This document shows, one piece after another, positions 1-10,817 of a stretch of DNA of 64,000 bases. The position numbers and the translations under genes were made by a program. This DNA is from an uncultured Verrucomicrobiae bacterium (GTDB lineage Bacteria > Verrucomicrobiota > Verrucomicrobiia > Chthoniobacterales > Chthoniobacteraceae). The notes beneath the pieces were generated by a model. It was not told where the DNA came from. It did no database searches and saw only the letters and a program-made list of their open reading frames with translations. The stretch's first letter is position 1. Each line of letters starts with the position of its first letter. The DNA is taken from positions 704,001 to 768,000 of the forward strand of contig CAWIKF010000001.1 of the NCBI GenBank assembly GCA_963836755.1. Reading direction: 5' to 3'.

Positions 1-1
1 T

Positions 2-322
2 CAGCAGTGGATTTTCGCGGATGAGAAGCTCTATCACAGAGCGAATGAGGTTTGGCTTCTTCACCGAGATTCGGAGCTACACTACTCATTGGTTGGTGAA
101 CCGACATTCGGACGCGCCGCTCTCGCCTACTATATGCGTGCAACTGGCAAGCGTGTCCCTCCAGATTACTATTTCATTACCAGGATTGGGCCGTGGCCAA
201 ATGTTGGCAGCCGCATTCGACTGACTCTCTATTCAAGAGGCTGGCTCGACATTGCTCTTTGCTACGACTTTCAGACTAAGACTTTCTCAATTTCTGATGA
301 TCAGACGACGACATACTACTAA
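2..322 (+). CDS. Hypothetical protein, 5'-partial, low-GC, gene-cassette-like
   Basis: The frame of ORF 89..322 is open from position 2 (QQWIFADEKLYHRANEVWLLHRD...TTTYY*). It is AT-richer than the neighbouring genes and is followed 9 nt later by an attC-like motif. Confidence 0.55.
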   Translation, partial: QQWIFADEKLYHRANEVWLLHRDSELHYSLVGEPTFGRAALAYYMRATGKRVPPDYYFITRIGPWPNVGSRIRLTLYSRGWLDIALCYDFQTKTFSISDDQTTTYY

Positions 323-331
323 GCACGAGGG

Positions 332-491
332 GCCTAACCAAGCGCTGCAGCGATGCGCCATCACGATTGTAGCCAGTTATCCCGCTCGGCGCGGTTTCGG
401 CATTGCTTCTTCAACGCGACAACCGAACGTCGCCTAACCATGCGCTGCAGCTAACAGGCTCCGCCTATAGCTGATCTTGTTCTCCTCAGGC
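332..491 (+). repeat. Two attC-like (integron cassette recombination site-like) elements, first truncated, second degenerate
   Basis: GCCTAACCAAGCGCTGCAGC at 332 and GCCTAACCATGCGCTGCAGC at 432 both start with an RYYYAAC R'' box. The second has inner inverted CAGCTA/TAGCTG and ends TGATCTTGTTCTC-CTCAGGC, a degenerate GTTAGGC R' box. Confidence 0.55.
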
Positions 492-492
492 G

Positions 493-624
493 GTTCAGAC
501 GCTTTTCCACACCTGCAATGAAAAGCCGCTGACTTCCGGTGCGGAGGTTGTTCTTTCCATCAACGCAGTCGGCTCTGCCGGCGTGAGTGACTGGAGCGAT
601 TACGGGAGCTTGATGGTGATCTAA
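493..624 (+). pseudogene. C-terminal remnant of a fibronectin-type-III-like protein gene
   Basis: Manual translation gives ...KPLTSGAEVVLSINAVGSAGVSDWSDYGSLMVI*, matching the FN3 last-strand pattern L-x-S/P-G...A-x-G-x-x-G-x-S-x-W-S. There is an in-frame TGA at 472 and no start codon. Confidence 0.45.
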
Positions 625-656
625 AAAGATCGCGATCGAGTGGGCCGAACGCCATG

Positions 657-695
657 AAGCGGCGCTTCCAGTGATGGAGGCGCCGCTTTTCTTTT
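657..695 (+). terminator. Rho-independent terminator
   Basis: AAGCGGCGCTTCCA-GTGA-TGGAGGCGCCGCTT stem-loop followed by TTCTTTT. Confidence 0.65.
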
Positions 696-759
696 GCAGG
701 GAGCGGACATTTTTTCGCTGCTTTGCGCGGGCGCAGCAGTGAGTGTGCAGGGGACATCG

Positions 760-2889
760 ATGAAAGAAGATTTGAAAACACGCATCCTCCGCGTTTTGGC
801 GGAGCCGAAATATCAGCCGCTGGACAAGGTGGGCCTTTCAAAGAAGCTCGGCCTTTCCAGCGACGAACGCGCGGAGCTGCGCGAGCATTTGCGCCGGCTG
901 GAGCAGGGGGGCGAGATCGCGCGCATCCGCAAGGATCGCTACGTGATCCCGGAGGCGGCGGATTTGTGCACGGGTGTTTTACAAGTGCATCAAGGCGGCA
1001 GCGCGCACCTGCTCTCCGAGCGCAAGGGCCAGCCCGATCTTTTCATTTCGGCTGAAAACACGGCGACGGCGATGAATGGCGATCGCGTGGTGGCGCGCGT
1101 GATGCACGAGGGTGCGGCGCAGCGAGGCGCGAAGCGGGCAGGGCGCGTGATTCGCATTCTCACGCGCGCGAACGACACGGTGGTCGGGACGTTGCAGGCG
1201 ACGAAGAAGTTTTTCTACGTGATCGCGGACGACCCGCGGCTCGGGCACAATATTTACGTCAATCCAGGCGAGGCGCGGCTGCCGCGTCCGCCGGAGGTGG
1301 GCGACAAAGTCGTGGTGAAGCTCGAGGAGTGGAAATCGCGCCACGTGAATCCCGAGGGGCAGATCATCGAGCTGCTCGGGCGCGCGACGGACACGGGCGT
1401 GGATATGCTTTCGATCATCCGGAAGCATCATCTGCCGACGGAGTTTCCGCCGGCGGTTTTGCGCGAGGCGGAAAGGATCGGCGAGACGGTGGATGAGCGC
1501 GAAGCCGCGCTGCGCGAGGATTTGCGGGCGCAGATGATCGTGACGATCGACCCGGATGACGCGAAGGATTTCGACGACGCGATTTATGTGGAGCGGCTGG
1601 GCGACGGCTGGCGGCTCGGCGTGCACATCGCGGATGTTTCACATTATGTTAAACCCGGGAGCGCGCTCGACAAGGAGGCGTATGCGCGCGGAAACAGCGT
1701 TTATCTGGTGGACCGCGTGATCCCGATGCTGCCGGAAAAATTGAGCAACGGCGTCTGCAGCCTCAAGCCGGGAGTCGATCGGCTGACGCAGTCGGCGTTC
1801 ATCGATTTCACGCGCGCGGGAAAAATAAAGTCGGTCCGTTTCGCGCGGACGATCATCCGCAGCGCGCATCGCTACACCTATAAGGAAGCGTTTGCCGCGC
1901 TGCAAAAACCGCCGCACGATGCGTTAACGGAGCGCTTGCACACTGCGTGGGAGCTGGCGTCGCTGCTGCGGAAGAATCGTTTCGCGAATGGCTCGCTCGA
2001 TCTCGATTTTCCCGAGGTCAAAGTCTGGCTCGACGAGAAGAAGCGGCCGGTGCGTTTGGAAAAAATCGAGAACGACATTTCGCACCAGCTCGTCGAGGAA
2101 TTCATGCTCGCGGCGAACGAGGTGGTCGCGCGCGAAACGAAGAACCGGCAACTGCCCGCGGTTTATCGCATCCACGACAAGCCGGATGACGAGAAGCTCG
2201 CGGAGTTCCGCGAATTCGCGATGAGCTACGGATTGAAGGCGGGCGACCTGACGCATCGTGCCCGAGGTGCAAAAACTGCTCGCGGCGATCCGCGGACGGC
2301 CCGGCGAATACGCGATCAAGCTGGCGTTTTTAAAAAGTCTCAAGCGCGCCGCGTATGCGACCGAGGCGCTCGGGCATTACGGCCTGGCGAAGGTGAATTA
2401 CACGCACTTCACGAGCCCGATCCGGCGTTACGCGGATCTCGTGGTGCATCGTGTGCTCGCGCAGAAATCGGGCGCGACAGCTGCGAAAAAGTTTACGCAT
2501 CGGCGCCGTTCGATTTGAATGTTGTGGCGGAGCATATTTCCGGCACCGAGCGCGTGGCGGCGGATGCGGAAAAAGAATCGGTGAAGCTGAAGAAAATCGA
2601 ATTTTTCCAAAGCCAATTGCGCACGCGCAAGCCGGAGTCATTCAAGGCGATCGTGGTCGATGTGCGAAGCTACGGGCTGCTCGTGGAGTTACCCGATTTT
2701 TTACTGACGGGGCTCGTGCATGTGTCGTCGCTGCAGGATGATTTTTACGTTTTCGATCCGGCGCGTTTGCGTTTCGTCGGCCGACGGACGCGGCAGACTT
2801 ATGCGATGGGCGCGTCGGTGCAGGTGGAGGTCGCGCGCGTGGATGTGTATAAACAGCAGATCGATTTTCGCGTTTCGGCGAAATTTTAA
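760..2889 (+). CDS. rnr: Ribonuclease R (RNB family), with two compensating frameshifts at about 2262 and 2488
   Basis: Contains the cold-shock/OB region, [43 protein letters not shown] and a C-terminal S1 domain. The HYGL...[18 protein letters not shown] motif lies in the +1 frame (ORF 2258..2518). Confidence 0.95.
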   Translation: MKEDLKTRILRVLAEPKYQPLDKVGLSKKLGLSSDERAELREHLRRLEQGGEIARIRKDRYVIPEAADLCTGVLQVHQGGSAHLLSERKGQPDLFISAENTATAMNGDRVVARVMHEGAAQRGAKRAGRVIRILTRANDTVVGTLQATKKFFYVIADDPRLGHNIYVNPGEARLPRPPEVGDKVVVKLEEWKSRHVNPEGQIIELLGRATDTGVDMLSIIRKHHLPTEFPPAVLREAERIGETVDEREAALREDLRAQMIVTIDPDDAKDFDDAIYVERLGDGWRLGVHIADVSHYVKPGSALDKEAYARGNSVYLVDRVIPMLPEKLSNGVCSLKPGVDRLTQSAFIDFTRAGKIKSVRFARTIIRSAHRYTYKEAFAALQKPPHDALTERLHTAWELASLLRKNRFANGSLDLDFPEVKVWLDEKKRPVRLEKIENDISHQLVEEFMLAANEVVARETKNRQLPAVYRIHDKPDDEKLAEFREFAMSYGLKAGDLTHRARGAKTARGDPRTARRIRDQAGVFKKSQARRVCDRGARALRPGEGELHALHEPDPALRGSRGASCARAEIGRDSCEKVYASAPFDLNVVAEHISGTERVAADAEKESVKLKKIEFFQSQLRTRKPESFKAIVVDVRSYGLLVELPDFLLTGLVHVSSLQDDFYVFDPARLRFVGRRTRQTYAMGASVQVEVARVDVYKQQIDFRVSAKF

Positions 2890-2972
2890 ACAATCGATAA
2901 AACCGATGGACATGCAGCGAGCGATCTGCAAAATGCGTCGGCTCTTTTTCAGGGCAACAAAGTCAGGGACAC

Positions 2973-3185
2973 ATGGAAAATATCATCGCATCAAAAGAAG
3001 TGCAGGTGGAACGGAAGCATTTGCTGATCGAGTTCCGCGAAAACGACCGGGGCCGCTACATGCGGATCACGGAAACGGTCAACGGCCGGCGCAATTCCAT
3101 CATTGTGCCGAGCACCGGCTTGAATGAGTTTGCCAACGCGCTCGCCGAGGTGCTGACATTGGCGAACAAGCCGCTCGCCGCCTGA
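2973..3185 (+). CDS. PUR (Pur-alpha)-family ssDNA/RNA-binding protein
   Basis: 70 aa with a single PUR-repeat pattern: SKEVQVERK..IEFRENDRGRYMRITE...RRNSIIVP. Confidence 0.75.
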   Translation: MENIIASKEVQVERKHLLIEFRENDRGRYMRITETVNGRRNSIIVPSTGLNEFANALAEVLTLANKPLAA

Positions 3186-3213
3186 GGCGTCGTCCCCTTT
3201 TTTTTAGAATCTT

Positions 3214-6000
3214 ATGTCAAAATCAAAATCCACCCGTCTCCCCGCCAGCCGTCCCGCGCCGGCTGCGTCGAAAAATGGAGCGTCAAAAAGCGCGCCGAAG
3301 AAAAACAAGTTCGTCTACTTTTTTGGCGATGGTTCAGCCGATGGCGACGGAAAGATGAAGCCGCTGCTCGGCGGCAAAGGCGCGAATCTCGCGGAGATGA
3401 CGCGCATCGGATTGCCGGTGCCGCCGGGATTCACGATCACGACCGAGGTCTGCACTTACTTTTACGAGAACGGGAAAAAATATCCCGCCGTGCTGAATGA
3501 GCAGGTCGAGGCCGCGCTCGCGAAAGTGGAAAAATCGCTCGGCAAAAAACTGGGCGATCTCAAAGACCCGCTGCTGCTGAGCGTCCGCTCGGGCGCGCGC
3601 GATTCGATGCCCGGCATGATGGACACGATTTTGAACCTCGGCATGAACGACAAAGTCGTCGAAGTCGTCGCGAAAAAAACGGGCAACGCGCAGTTCGCGT
3701 GGGATTCGTATCGCCGCTTTTTGCAAATGTATGGCGACGTGGTGATGGGCGTGCAAAAGCGCGAGGGCGAGGATCACGAGCCGTTCGAGACCGTGATCGA
3801 GGAGCTGAAGGACGAGCGTTACAAGAAGCACGATTTCCCCGATTCGCAGCTCACCGAAGATGATTTGAAAGAACTCGTCGCGCGTTTCAAAGCGCTGATC
3901 AAAGAGCGCACTGGCAAAAATTTTCCGCAAGATCCGCGGCAGCAAATGTGGGGCTCAGTCGGCGCGGTTTTTGGCTCGTGGATGAATGATCGCGCGATTG
4001 TTTACCGCCGCAAATACAACATCCCGGCGGAGTGGGGCACGGCGGTGAATGTGCAGACGATGGTCTTCGGAAACATGGGCGACACGAGCGCGACCGGCGT
4101 CGCGTTCACGCGCGATCCGGCGAATGGCGACAAAGTTTTCTACGGCGAATATTTGATCAACGCTCAGGGCGAAGACGTGGTCGCCGGCGTGCGCACGCCG
4201 CATCCTGTCGCGAAGCTGGCCGAGGAAATGCCGAAGGCGCACGCGGAACTTTTGAAAGTGCGCGCGCTTTTGGAAAAGCATTTCAAGGACATGCAGGACC
4301 TGGAATTCACGGTCGAAGACAACCGGCTTTTCATCCTGCAAACGCGCAACGGAAAGCGCACCGGCCTCGCCGCCGTGAAGATCGCGGTGGACATGGTGAA
4401 TGAAAAACTGATCACGCGCGAAGAAGCTGTGAAGCGGATTCCCGCGGATTCGCTCTCGCACGTGCTCGCGCCGATTTTTGATCTCGGGTCGAAAAAGTCT
4501 GCGAAAAAAATCGCGACTGGATTGCCAGCCGGTCCAGGCGCAGCGAGCGGCAAAATCGTTTTCAACGCTACCGATGCCGTCGAGCTCGCGCACAAAGGCG
4601 AGCGCGTCGTGCTCGTGCGCATCGAGACTTCGCCGGAAGATTTGCGCGGCATGATCGCGGCGGAAGGAATTTTGACTTCACGCGGTGGCGTCAGTTCGCA
4701 CGCAGCGCTGGTCGCGCGCCAAATGGGCAAAGTTTGCGTCTGCGGCGCGAGCGATTTGAAGATCGATTATAAACAAAAAACCGTCAGCGCGGGCGGCGTC
4801 ACTTTGAAGCAAGGCGACTTTATTTCCATTGATGGAACTGCGGGCGAAGTTTTTGCGGGCGAAGTGAAAACCGCTCCGTCGGAAGTCGTGCAGGTGCTCG
4901 TCGCGAAAACGCTGAAAGGCGAGAAGAGCAAAACATATCAGCAGTTCGCGCAGCTCATTAAATGGGCGGACAGTTTTAAAAAACTCGACGTCCGCACCAA
5001 TGCCGACACGCCGGAGCAGGTCGAAAACGCGATTGCGTTCGGAGCAGTCGGCATCGGCCTCACGCGCACTGAGCACATGTTTTTCGAGGGCGATCGCATC
5101 GATGCGATGCGGGAGATGATTCTCGCGACGAACAAAGAAAAGCGCGCGAAGGCGCTGGCGAAATTGCTGCCGTATCAGCGCGAAGACTTTGTCGGCATTT
5201 TCAAAGCGCTGAAAGGTTTGCCGGCGACGATTCGGCTGCTCGATCCGCCGCTGCACGAATTTTTGCCGCACGATGAAGCGGCGCGAAATTCCCTCGCGAA
5301 AAAACTCGGCGTCGATGCAGCAGACATCGCGAAGCGCGTGCATGAATTGCACGAGTTTAATCCGATGCTCGGACATCGCGGCTGCCGGCTCGGCATCGCG
5401 TATCCGGAGATCACCGAGATGCAGGCGCGTGCGATTTTCGAAGCCGCTGCCGAGGTGCAAAAGAAAGGCATCAAAGTAAAACCGGAAGTGATGATTCCGC
5501 TCGTCGGTTTTCCGAAGGAATTGGAATTGCAAATCGAGGTGGTCCATCGCGTCGCTGCCGAAGTGCAAAAAGCGACGAAGCAAAAACTGAATTATTTGGT
5601 CGGCACGATGATCGAAATTCCGCGCGCCGCGCTCGTCGCTGACGAGATTGCGAAGGACGCGCAGTTTTTCAGCTTCGGCACAAACGATCTGACGCAAACG
5701 ACGCTCGGCATGAGCCGGGACGACAGCGGCTCGTTTTTGCCGGCGTATGCTGAGCACGAAATCATCCGCGCGAATCCGTTCGCGACGATCGATCAAATCG
5801 GCGTCGGGAAATTGATGGAAATCGCGCGCGATCTCGGACGCAAAACGCGGCCCGACATCAAGCTCGGCATTTGCGGCGAGCACGGCGGCGAACCTGAGAG
5901 CGTGAAGTTCTGCCACGCGCTCGGTTTGAATTACGTGAGCTGCTCGCCGTTCCGCGTCAGCATCGCGAAGTTGGCGGCGGCGCAAGCGGCCCTCGCCTAA
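3214..6000 (+). CDS. ppdK: Pyruvate, phosphate dikinase
   Basis: Motifs [28 protein letters not shown], phospho-His [18 protein letters not shown] and GICGEHGG; 928 aa. Confidence 0.98.
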   Translation: MSKSKSTRLPASRPAPAASKNGASKSAPKKNKFVYFFGDGSADGDGKMKPLLGGKGANLAEMTRIGLPVPPGFTITTEVCTYFYENGKKYPAVLNEQVEAALAKVEKSLGKKLGDLKDPLLLSVRSGARDSMPGMMDTILNLGMNDKVVEVVAKKTGNAQFAWDSYRRFLQMYGDVVMGVQKREGEDHEPFETVIEELKDERYKKHDFPDSQLTEDDLKELVARFKALIKERTGKNFPQDPRQQMWGSVGAVFGSWMNDRAIVYRRKYNIPAEWGTAVNVQTMVFGNMGDTSATGVAFTRDPANGDKVFYGEYLINAQGEDVVAGVRTPHPVAKLAEEMPKAHAELLKVRALLEKHFKDMQDLEFTVEDNRLFILQTRNGKRTGLAAVKIAVDMVNEKLITREEAVKRIPADSLSHVLAPIFDLGSKKSAKKIATGLPAGPGAASGKIVFNATDAVELAHKGERVVLVRIETSPEDLRGMIAAEGILTSRGGVSSHAALVARQMGKVCVCGASDLKIDYKQKTVSAGGVTLKQGDFISIDGTAGEVFAGEVKTAPSEVVQVLVAKTLKGEKSKTYQQFAQLIKWADSFKKLDVRTNADTPEQVENAIAFGAVGIGLTRTEHMFFEGDRIDAMREMILATNKEKRAKALAKLLPYQREDFVGIFKALKGLPATIRLLDPPLHEFLPHDEAARNSLAKKLGVDAADIAKRVHELHEFNPMLGHRGCRLGIAYPEITEMQARAIFEAAAEVQKKGIKVKPEVMIPLVGFPKELELQIEVVHRVAAEVQKATKQKLNYLVGTMIEIPRAALVADEIAKDAQFFSFGTNDLTQTTLGMSRDDSGSFLPAYAEHEIIRANPFATIDQIGVGKLMEIARDLGRKTRPDIKLGICGEHGGEPESVKFCHALGLNYVSCSPFRVSIAKLAAAQAALA

Positions 6001-6019
6001 AAAGAACGTTAACGCAACG

Positions 6020-6050
6020 AAAGCGCCCCGGGAACCTGGGGCGCTTTTTT
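6020..6050 (+). terminator. Rho-independent terminator of ppdK
   Basis: AAAGCGCCCCGG-GAA-CCTGGGGCGCTTTTTT. Confidence 0.85.
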
Positions 6051-6135
6051 GCAACTGCCCTCGCTCACCGGTGTTCCTTTTTACAGCATCGCCGTCGGCG
6101 ATTTACAAAAAGAGAAACAAACGAACCCAATAAAT

Positions 6136-6552
6136 ATGCAAATCCTATCACGTAAAATCCTCACTTTGCTGGCCTGTGGAGCCAGCTTCAGCATCGCGCA
6201 AGCGCAAGATACTTCGACGCCATCGGCCAGTGCGTCGCCTTCTGCCGGCACGCAATGCCGCCATCATCACCACAAACATTCTGGCGCCCGCGGCGGAGAA
6301 AATCGGCTCGAGAAAATGACGCAGGAGCTCAATCTCACCGCTGACCAGCAGGCGAAAATCAAGCCGATCCTTGATGCGGCGAAAACGCAGATGCAGGCGG
6401 TCCACGCGGACACTTCGATGACGAAGGAGCAGAAGAGGGCGAAGATCAAGGACGTGCGTAAAGGCGTGCGTGGACAGGTGAGCGGCATTTTGACCGATGA
6501 TCAAAAGGCGAAACTCGCCACGCTTCACAAAGGACATCACGCAAAAAGCTGA
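6136..6552 (+). CDS. Secreted Spy/CpxP-like (LTXXQ) helical protein
   Basis: Signal peptide ending AQA-Q, with LNLTADQQ and ILTDDQK motifs. Confidence 0.7.
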   Translation: MQILSRKILTLLACGASFSIAQAQDTSTPSASASPSAGTQCRHHHHKHSGARGGENRLEKMTQELNLTADQQAKIKPILDAAKTQMQAVHADTSMTKEQKRAKIKDVRKGVRGQVSGILTDDQKAKLATLHKGHHAKS

Positions 6553-6575
6553 TTTCAAACGAGACCAAACAAACC

Positions 6576-6610
6576 AAAGCCGCTCCGGAAAGCCGGAGCG
6601 GCTTTTTATT
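6576..6610 (+). terminator. Rho-independent terminator
   Basis: AAAGCCGCTCCGG-AAAG-CCGGAGCGGCTTTTT, a perfect stem. Confidence 0.85.
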
Positions 6611-6668
6611 ATTTTTTCACGCGCCTTTGAGAATGGATATTGCACTGCTATAGTCCGCCGCATCGAAT

Positions 6669-7334
6669 ATGAAACGCTCCAGCCTGCTGTTTATTCTGCT
6701 CGTCTGCTCGTTCCGATTCATTTTCGCGCAAGCCGGCGAGGTGCTCTACATGGGACGCTATTACCACGATGTGACCGTGGAGTCGGTTGAGGGAACCAAA
6801 GCGAAAATTCATTCTACGGAGGGTGATGCGGAGATTCCGCTGAGCGCTCTGCCGCCGATCCTGCAACGGATTTCGAAACCAACGCCTGCCGCCACGCCGA
6901 GGCCCACGCCGGTGAGGCATCCGTCGCCGGCATTCCATGAGCCGACGCCGCGTCCGGTGAACCCCGCAGCGTCAGCTCCCGATTGGCCTTTTCAAAGTGC
7001 GGCGTGGCAGGGGAGGTCGACGCACCCGGCGCTTCCGAAAGTCGTTTTCGCGCCGGGCGAGGTCCGGCTGCGCGGCCACATCGCGCAAAAGTTTCACGGC
7101 GGGCTGCTCGTCGATTGCCCGGATCCGGCGCAACTCACTGGCACCGCCAGCGCAAATCCAGCGGCAACCGAGCCGACCGCATACGGAACATTTTTTCTAA
7201 AAAATCATCCGATGGAAACTTACCTCGTCAATCAAGATCCGGTGAACGTCATTGCGAAACCGATCGACGGAATCTTCACGAGCGACGGGCAAAATTTCCG
7301 CGTTTACGAGGTCACGAAAGCGGACGCGCGGTGA
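6669..7334 (+). CDS. Hypothetical exported protein with Pro/Thr-rich linker
   Basis: Signal peptide, then a PTPAATPRPTP linker between two small domains. Confidence 0.7.
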   Translation: MKRSSLLFILLVCSFRFIFAQAGEVLYMGRYYHDVTVESVEGTKAKIHSTEGDAEIPLSALPPILQRISKPTPAATPRPTPVRHPSPAFHEPTPRPVNPAASAPDWPFQSAAWQGRSTHPALPKVVFAPGEVRLRGHIAQKFHGGLLVDCPDPAQLTGTASANPAATEPTAYGTFFLKNHPMETYLVNQDPVNVIAKPIDGIFTSDGQNFRVYEVTKADAR

Positions 7335-7352
7335 GGCAGCGGCCGGCGGTTT

Positions 7353-8414
7353 TTATGCCGGCAATTTTCCGTTTCTTTCGAATTCCAGCAGCAGACGTTT
7401 GCGCCAGACGCCGCCGCCGTAGCCGCTGAGCGTCCCGTTTTTTGCGATCACGCGGTGGCACGGGACGAGGAGATAAATCGGGTTCGCCGCGTTTGCGCGC
7501 GCGACGGCGCGAACGGCGGATGGAGCGCCGAGGCGCGCGGCGATTGTTTCATAGCTGGCCGTTTCGCCGCACGGAATGCGCTGCAACTCGCGCCATGTGC
7601 GTTGCTGAAAATCTGAGCCGTGCGCGGCGAACGGCACGGTGAATTCGCGGCGCTTTTTTTCAAAATATTCGCGCAGCTCGGTGCGAAGCTGCCTGAGAAT
7701 TGCATTGTCGCCGGGCACGACCGCCAATGCGAAACGTTGGCGCAAAGACGAGTAACTTTTTTCCAACGCGCGCCGATCGGCAAATTCCAACTGGCACAAA
7801 AGTTCGTGGCGCGCGGCTGCAAGCATCGGGCCGAGCGGTGTGTCGAGCAGCGCGACGTGGATGCAATCGCCGCGGCGCATGCGGCCGGGCGGCTTTCCGA
7901 ATGTCCGTGAAAACGCCTCGCGAAAACCGCTGTGCGAATCGAACCCGTGGCCGAGGATGACATCGTCCATCGGCGCACCATCGCGCATTTGCGTGAAGGC
8001 GCGGGCGAGGCGCAATCCGCGGCACCAGGCGGTGAATGTCATGCCGTGATTTTTTTGAAACCAGCGCCGCACTTTTTCCGGGGCGATTCCGAGCGCGAGC
8101 AAATCGGTCGCAGAAATTTTTTCGCCGGGCACATCGGCGGCGCGCGCCATCAAGGCGGCAACCCATGAAGGCGGCTGGCCGTTCGCAAGCTCGGGGGCGC
8201 AGCGTTTGCACGGGCGGTAGCCGGCGCGGAGCGCATCGCCGGCGCTCGCAAAAAATTCCAGGTGCTCGCGCTTCGGTTGCGACGGACACGACGGTCGGCA
8301 GAAAACGCCGGTAGTTTTGACGCCGAGAAAAAAGAGCCCGTCATAGCTCGCGTCGCGCGCGCGCCACGCGGTGGCCATTTCGCTTTCGGTCAAACTCGTT
8401 TGCTGGAACATCAC
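7353..8414 (-). CDS. ada: Bifunctional transcriptional activator / O6-methylguanine-DNA methyltransferase Ada
   Basis: Zn-binding FCRPSC...RPCKRC, an AraC-type HTH and the active site PCHRV. Confidence 0.93.
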   Translation of the reverse strand: MMFQQTSLTESEMATAWRARDASYDGLFFLGVKTTGVFCRPSCPSQPKREHLEFFASAGDALRAGYRPCKRCAPELANGQPPSWVAALMARAADVPGEKISATDLLALGIAPEKVRRWFQKNHGMTFTAWCRGLRLARAFTQMRDGAPMDDVILGHGFDSHSGFREAFSRTFGKPPGRMRRGDCIHVALLDTPLGPMLAAARHELLCQLEFADRRALEKSYSSLRQRFALAVVPGDNAILRQLRTELREYFEKKRREFTVPFAAHGSDFQQRTWRELQRIPCGETASYETIAARLGAPSAVRAVARANAANPIYLLVPCHRVIAKNGTLSGYGGGVWRKRLLLEFERNGKLPA

Positions 8415-8467
8415 GCTAAGAATCTACCACCGGCTTCCACCGAAAAAACGACACCGCATTGCGTGCT

Positions 8468-10255
8468 TCAAGCCGCACCGATGCCGAGATCGTAGCGGCT
8501 CGAGAGTTCCTGCAACTGCGTGCCGAGTTCTTCGAGTTTTTTCGCGTGCGCCTTCAATTGCATCGCACTTTCGAGATTTTCCGCGCTCACGTTTTTGATG
8601 TGCTGCATCGCGATTACGACCTGCTCGATGCCGGAAAGTTGCTCGCGGCTCGACGTTGCAATTTGCGTCGACGCGTTCGCCGCCTGCATCACATTTTCGC
8701 CGAGCGCGACGATCGATTCGCCCGCTTCATCGGAGCGCTGCACGCCGGTTTCGACGGCTTTGTTGCCCTGCTCGGTGAGCAGCGCGGCGCTGTGCGTCGC
8801 CTTTTGGATATCCCCCAAAATCGTCCGCACCTGCGCCGTCGCGGCCTTACTTTGCTCCGCGAGAAATTTCACCGCCTGCGCGACCACCGCGAATCCTTTT
8901 CCATTTTCACCGGCCTTCGCGGCCTCGATCGCGGCGTTGACTGCGAGCAAATTTGACTGTCGCGCGAGGTCTTCGACCGCGCTGATGATTTCGCTGATTG
9001 CGCGGCTTTGCTCGCTGAGTCGCATCATTCCGACGGCGATGGAATCCATCTGCTGCCGGATTTCCTGGGTGCCCACGCGCATCTCTTCTGCGGCGCGTCT
9101 GCCGCTTTCGGAGATCGCAGCCGTCGTCTGCGCGCGCGCCGCCACGCCGTCGGCTTTTTCGCTCGCGAGCTGCGCCGTCTGCCGCAATTCCTCGATCGTC
9201 ACCGTCGTCTCACTCAATGCCACGGCCGTGTGACTTGCGCCCTGCGCAAGCTGTCCCGTCGAGCCGACAATTTCATTTGCCGTCGAGCCGAGCACCGCGA
9301 TTCCGCGCCCGATCTCCGCAATTACTTTGGAAAGATCGGCCGTCCGCTCCTGCACTCGCACTTCGAGTTCATCTCGCGCTTTTCGCAGCGCTTCGTCGGC
9401 GAGGTCGCGCTCGGATTCCTTCCGGTCGAGCATCACGGCGTTGCTCCAGATCAACGCAGAAAAAACAATCACCACGCACAGCACGAAAAGCGAAAACGCA
9501 AAATCCGCATCGTAAAAACGCGCGCGATGTCCGGAGAGAATCAGCCACCCGAGCAGCAGCGGTGCACCGACGATCATGGCCAGCAAATGCCTCAGCATCA
9601 TCCCGCCCGCGCCGTCATTCGTCAGTCGCGCCATCCAGCCGCTGCGCGGTTGCGCGCAGAGCAGAGCGCAAGCGAGCGCGACGAATCCGAACGCCGTGTG
9701 CAGCGCCATCGGGATGAAACGCGCGATCCCCGTGAGGCTCGTGACGCCGTAGCAATAGCCGACCAGCGCGAGCAAACCGATCAACGCAACCGCGAGCGCG
9801 AGCAATTGCGCGAGACGCCCTCCGCCTCGCCGGGCGCTGCGTTCCGTCAGCAAAAGCGCGGCGCCGAGCAGGAGAAAATTGAGCGCAGTCGTCGGCGCCA
9901 TGCGGTTCGGGATCGGGCCGAGATCGAGTTTGTGCGGGAACAAAATTTGATCGAGCCCCAGATCGAATCCGAACCGGATTCCCCCGAGTTTCAACGCCGC
10001 GACCAGGACCACCACGAACGCCGCGAGTTGCTGCCACGCGGAAATTGTTTCCACTTCCTCATCGCCGCAAAACCCCACCAGCGACAAGCCGCAAAGCAGA
10101 AAGCAAAGCGCCGTCAGCGGGTTCATCGCCACCAGGGCAGGTGCAACGCGCTTGAGCGGTTCGACGTCTAAGATCCAGCCTGCGAGCACCAGCGCGGGCA
10201 GCACCAGGGCGACGCCGCATCCGAATCGCAACACCCATCGGCACACCTTTGGCAT
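8468..10255 (-). CDS. Methyl-accepting chemotaxis protein with multi-TM N-terminal sensor
   Basis: MCP hairpin QSNLLAVNAAIEAAKAGENGKGFAVVA preceded by several TM helices. Start chosen at MPKVCRW. Confidence 0.88.
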   Translation of the reverse strand: MPKVCRWVLRFGCGVALVLPALVLAGWILDVEPLKRVAPALVAMNPLTALCFLLCGLSLVGFCGDEEVETISAWQQLAAFVVVLVAALKLGGIRFGFDLGLDQILFPHKLDLGPIPNRMAPTTALNFLLLGAALLLTERSARRGGGRLAQLLALAVALIGLLALVGYCYGVTSLTGIARFIPMALHTAFGFVALACALLCAQPRSGWMARLTNDGAGGMMLRHLLAMIVGAPLLLGWLILSGHRARFYDADFAFSLFVLCVVIVFSALIWSNAVMLDRKESERDLADEALRKARDELEVRVQERTADLSKVIAEIGRGIAVLGSTANEIVGSTGQLAQGASHTAVALSETTVTIEELRQTAQLASEKADGVAARAQTTAAISESGRRAAEEMRVGTQEIRQQMDSIAVGMMRLSEQSRAISEIISAVEDLARQSNLLAVNAAIEAAKAGENGKGFAVVAQAVKFLAEQSKAATAQVRTILGDIQKATHSAALLTEQGNKAVETGVQRSDEAGESIVALGENVMQAANASTQIATSSREQLSGIEQVVIAMQHIKNVSAENLESAMQLKAHAKKLEELGTQLQELSSRYDLGIGAA

Positions 10256-10350
10256 CGCCCAGCTATAAGCGGCCGCCGTTTTTACGCCATGAAAAAAGTC
10301 GCGAACTTCGCGCCGTCGTGCGCCGCACCGACTCGCGTCAAAGTTCGCTC

Positions 10351-10731
10351 CTACGGCGTCAGCAATCCCGCGAAATGTGCGCGATACCGGGCCAGCAAAA
10401 ACAGCGCGAGCGCCGACACGACCGCCGCGATCGGCAGCCCGGAAGGATCGAGGCAAAGATGATAGAGATCGATGTTTACGATCACCGGCCCGAGCAGCGT
10501 GAGCCCGAGCGCCACATACCGCCCGAGCAGCAAAAGCGCCCCGCCCGCGACCTGCAGCCCGCCGATGACGAGCATGTAAGGGTTGCCCATCAGCGCCCGC
10601 ATGAAAAACTGCGCGCGCTCCGGCGGCGCGACCGGCGGTTTCATCGGCAGGAAATGGAAAAAGATGTTCAAGCCAAAGACCACGAACGCGAGCCCGAGGA
10701 GGATGCGGATGATTGTGGTGAAAACTTTCAT
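10351..10731 (-). CDS. DoxX-family membrane protein
   Basis: MKVFTTIIRILLGLAFVVFGLN..., four hydrophobic helices, LGPVIVNI..H. Confidence 0.75.
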   Translation of the reverse strand: MKVFTTIIRILLGLAFVVFGLNIFFHFLPMKPPVAPPERAQFFMRALMGNPYMLVIGGLQVAGGALLLLGRYVALGLTLLGPVIVNIDLYHLCLDPSGLPIAAVVSALALFLLARYRAHFAGLLTP

Positions 10732-10817
10732 GCGCCGCCAGAATGCGCAGATCTCGTGAGAAGGCAACAGCGAATCCGCGCGTAGAAAACTCGCGGAAAT
10801 GGAGTAAAAGTTGGCCG

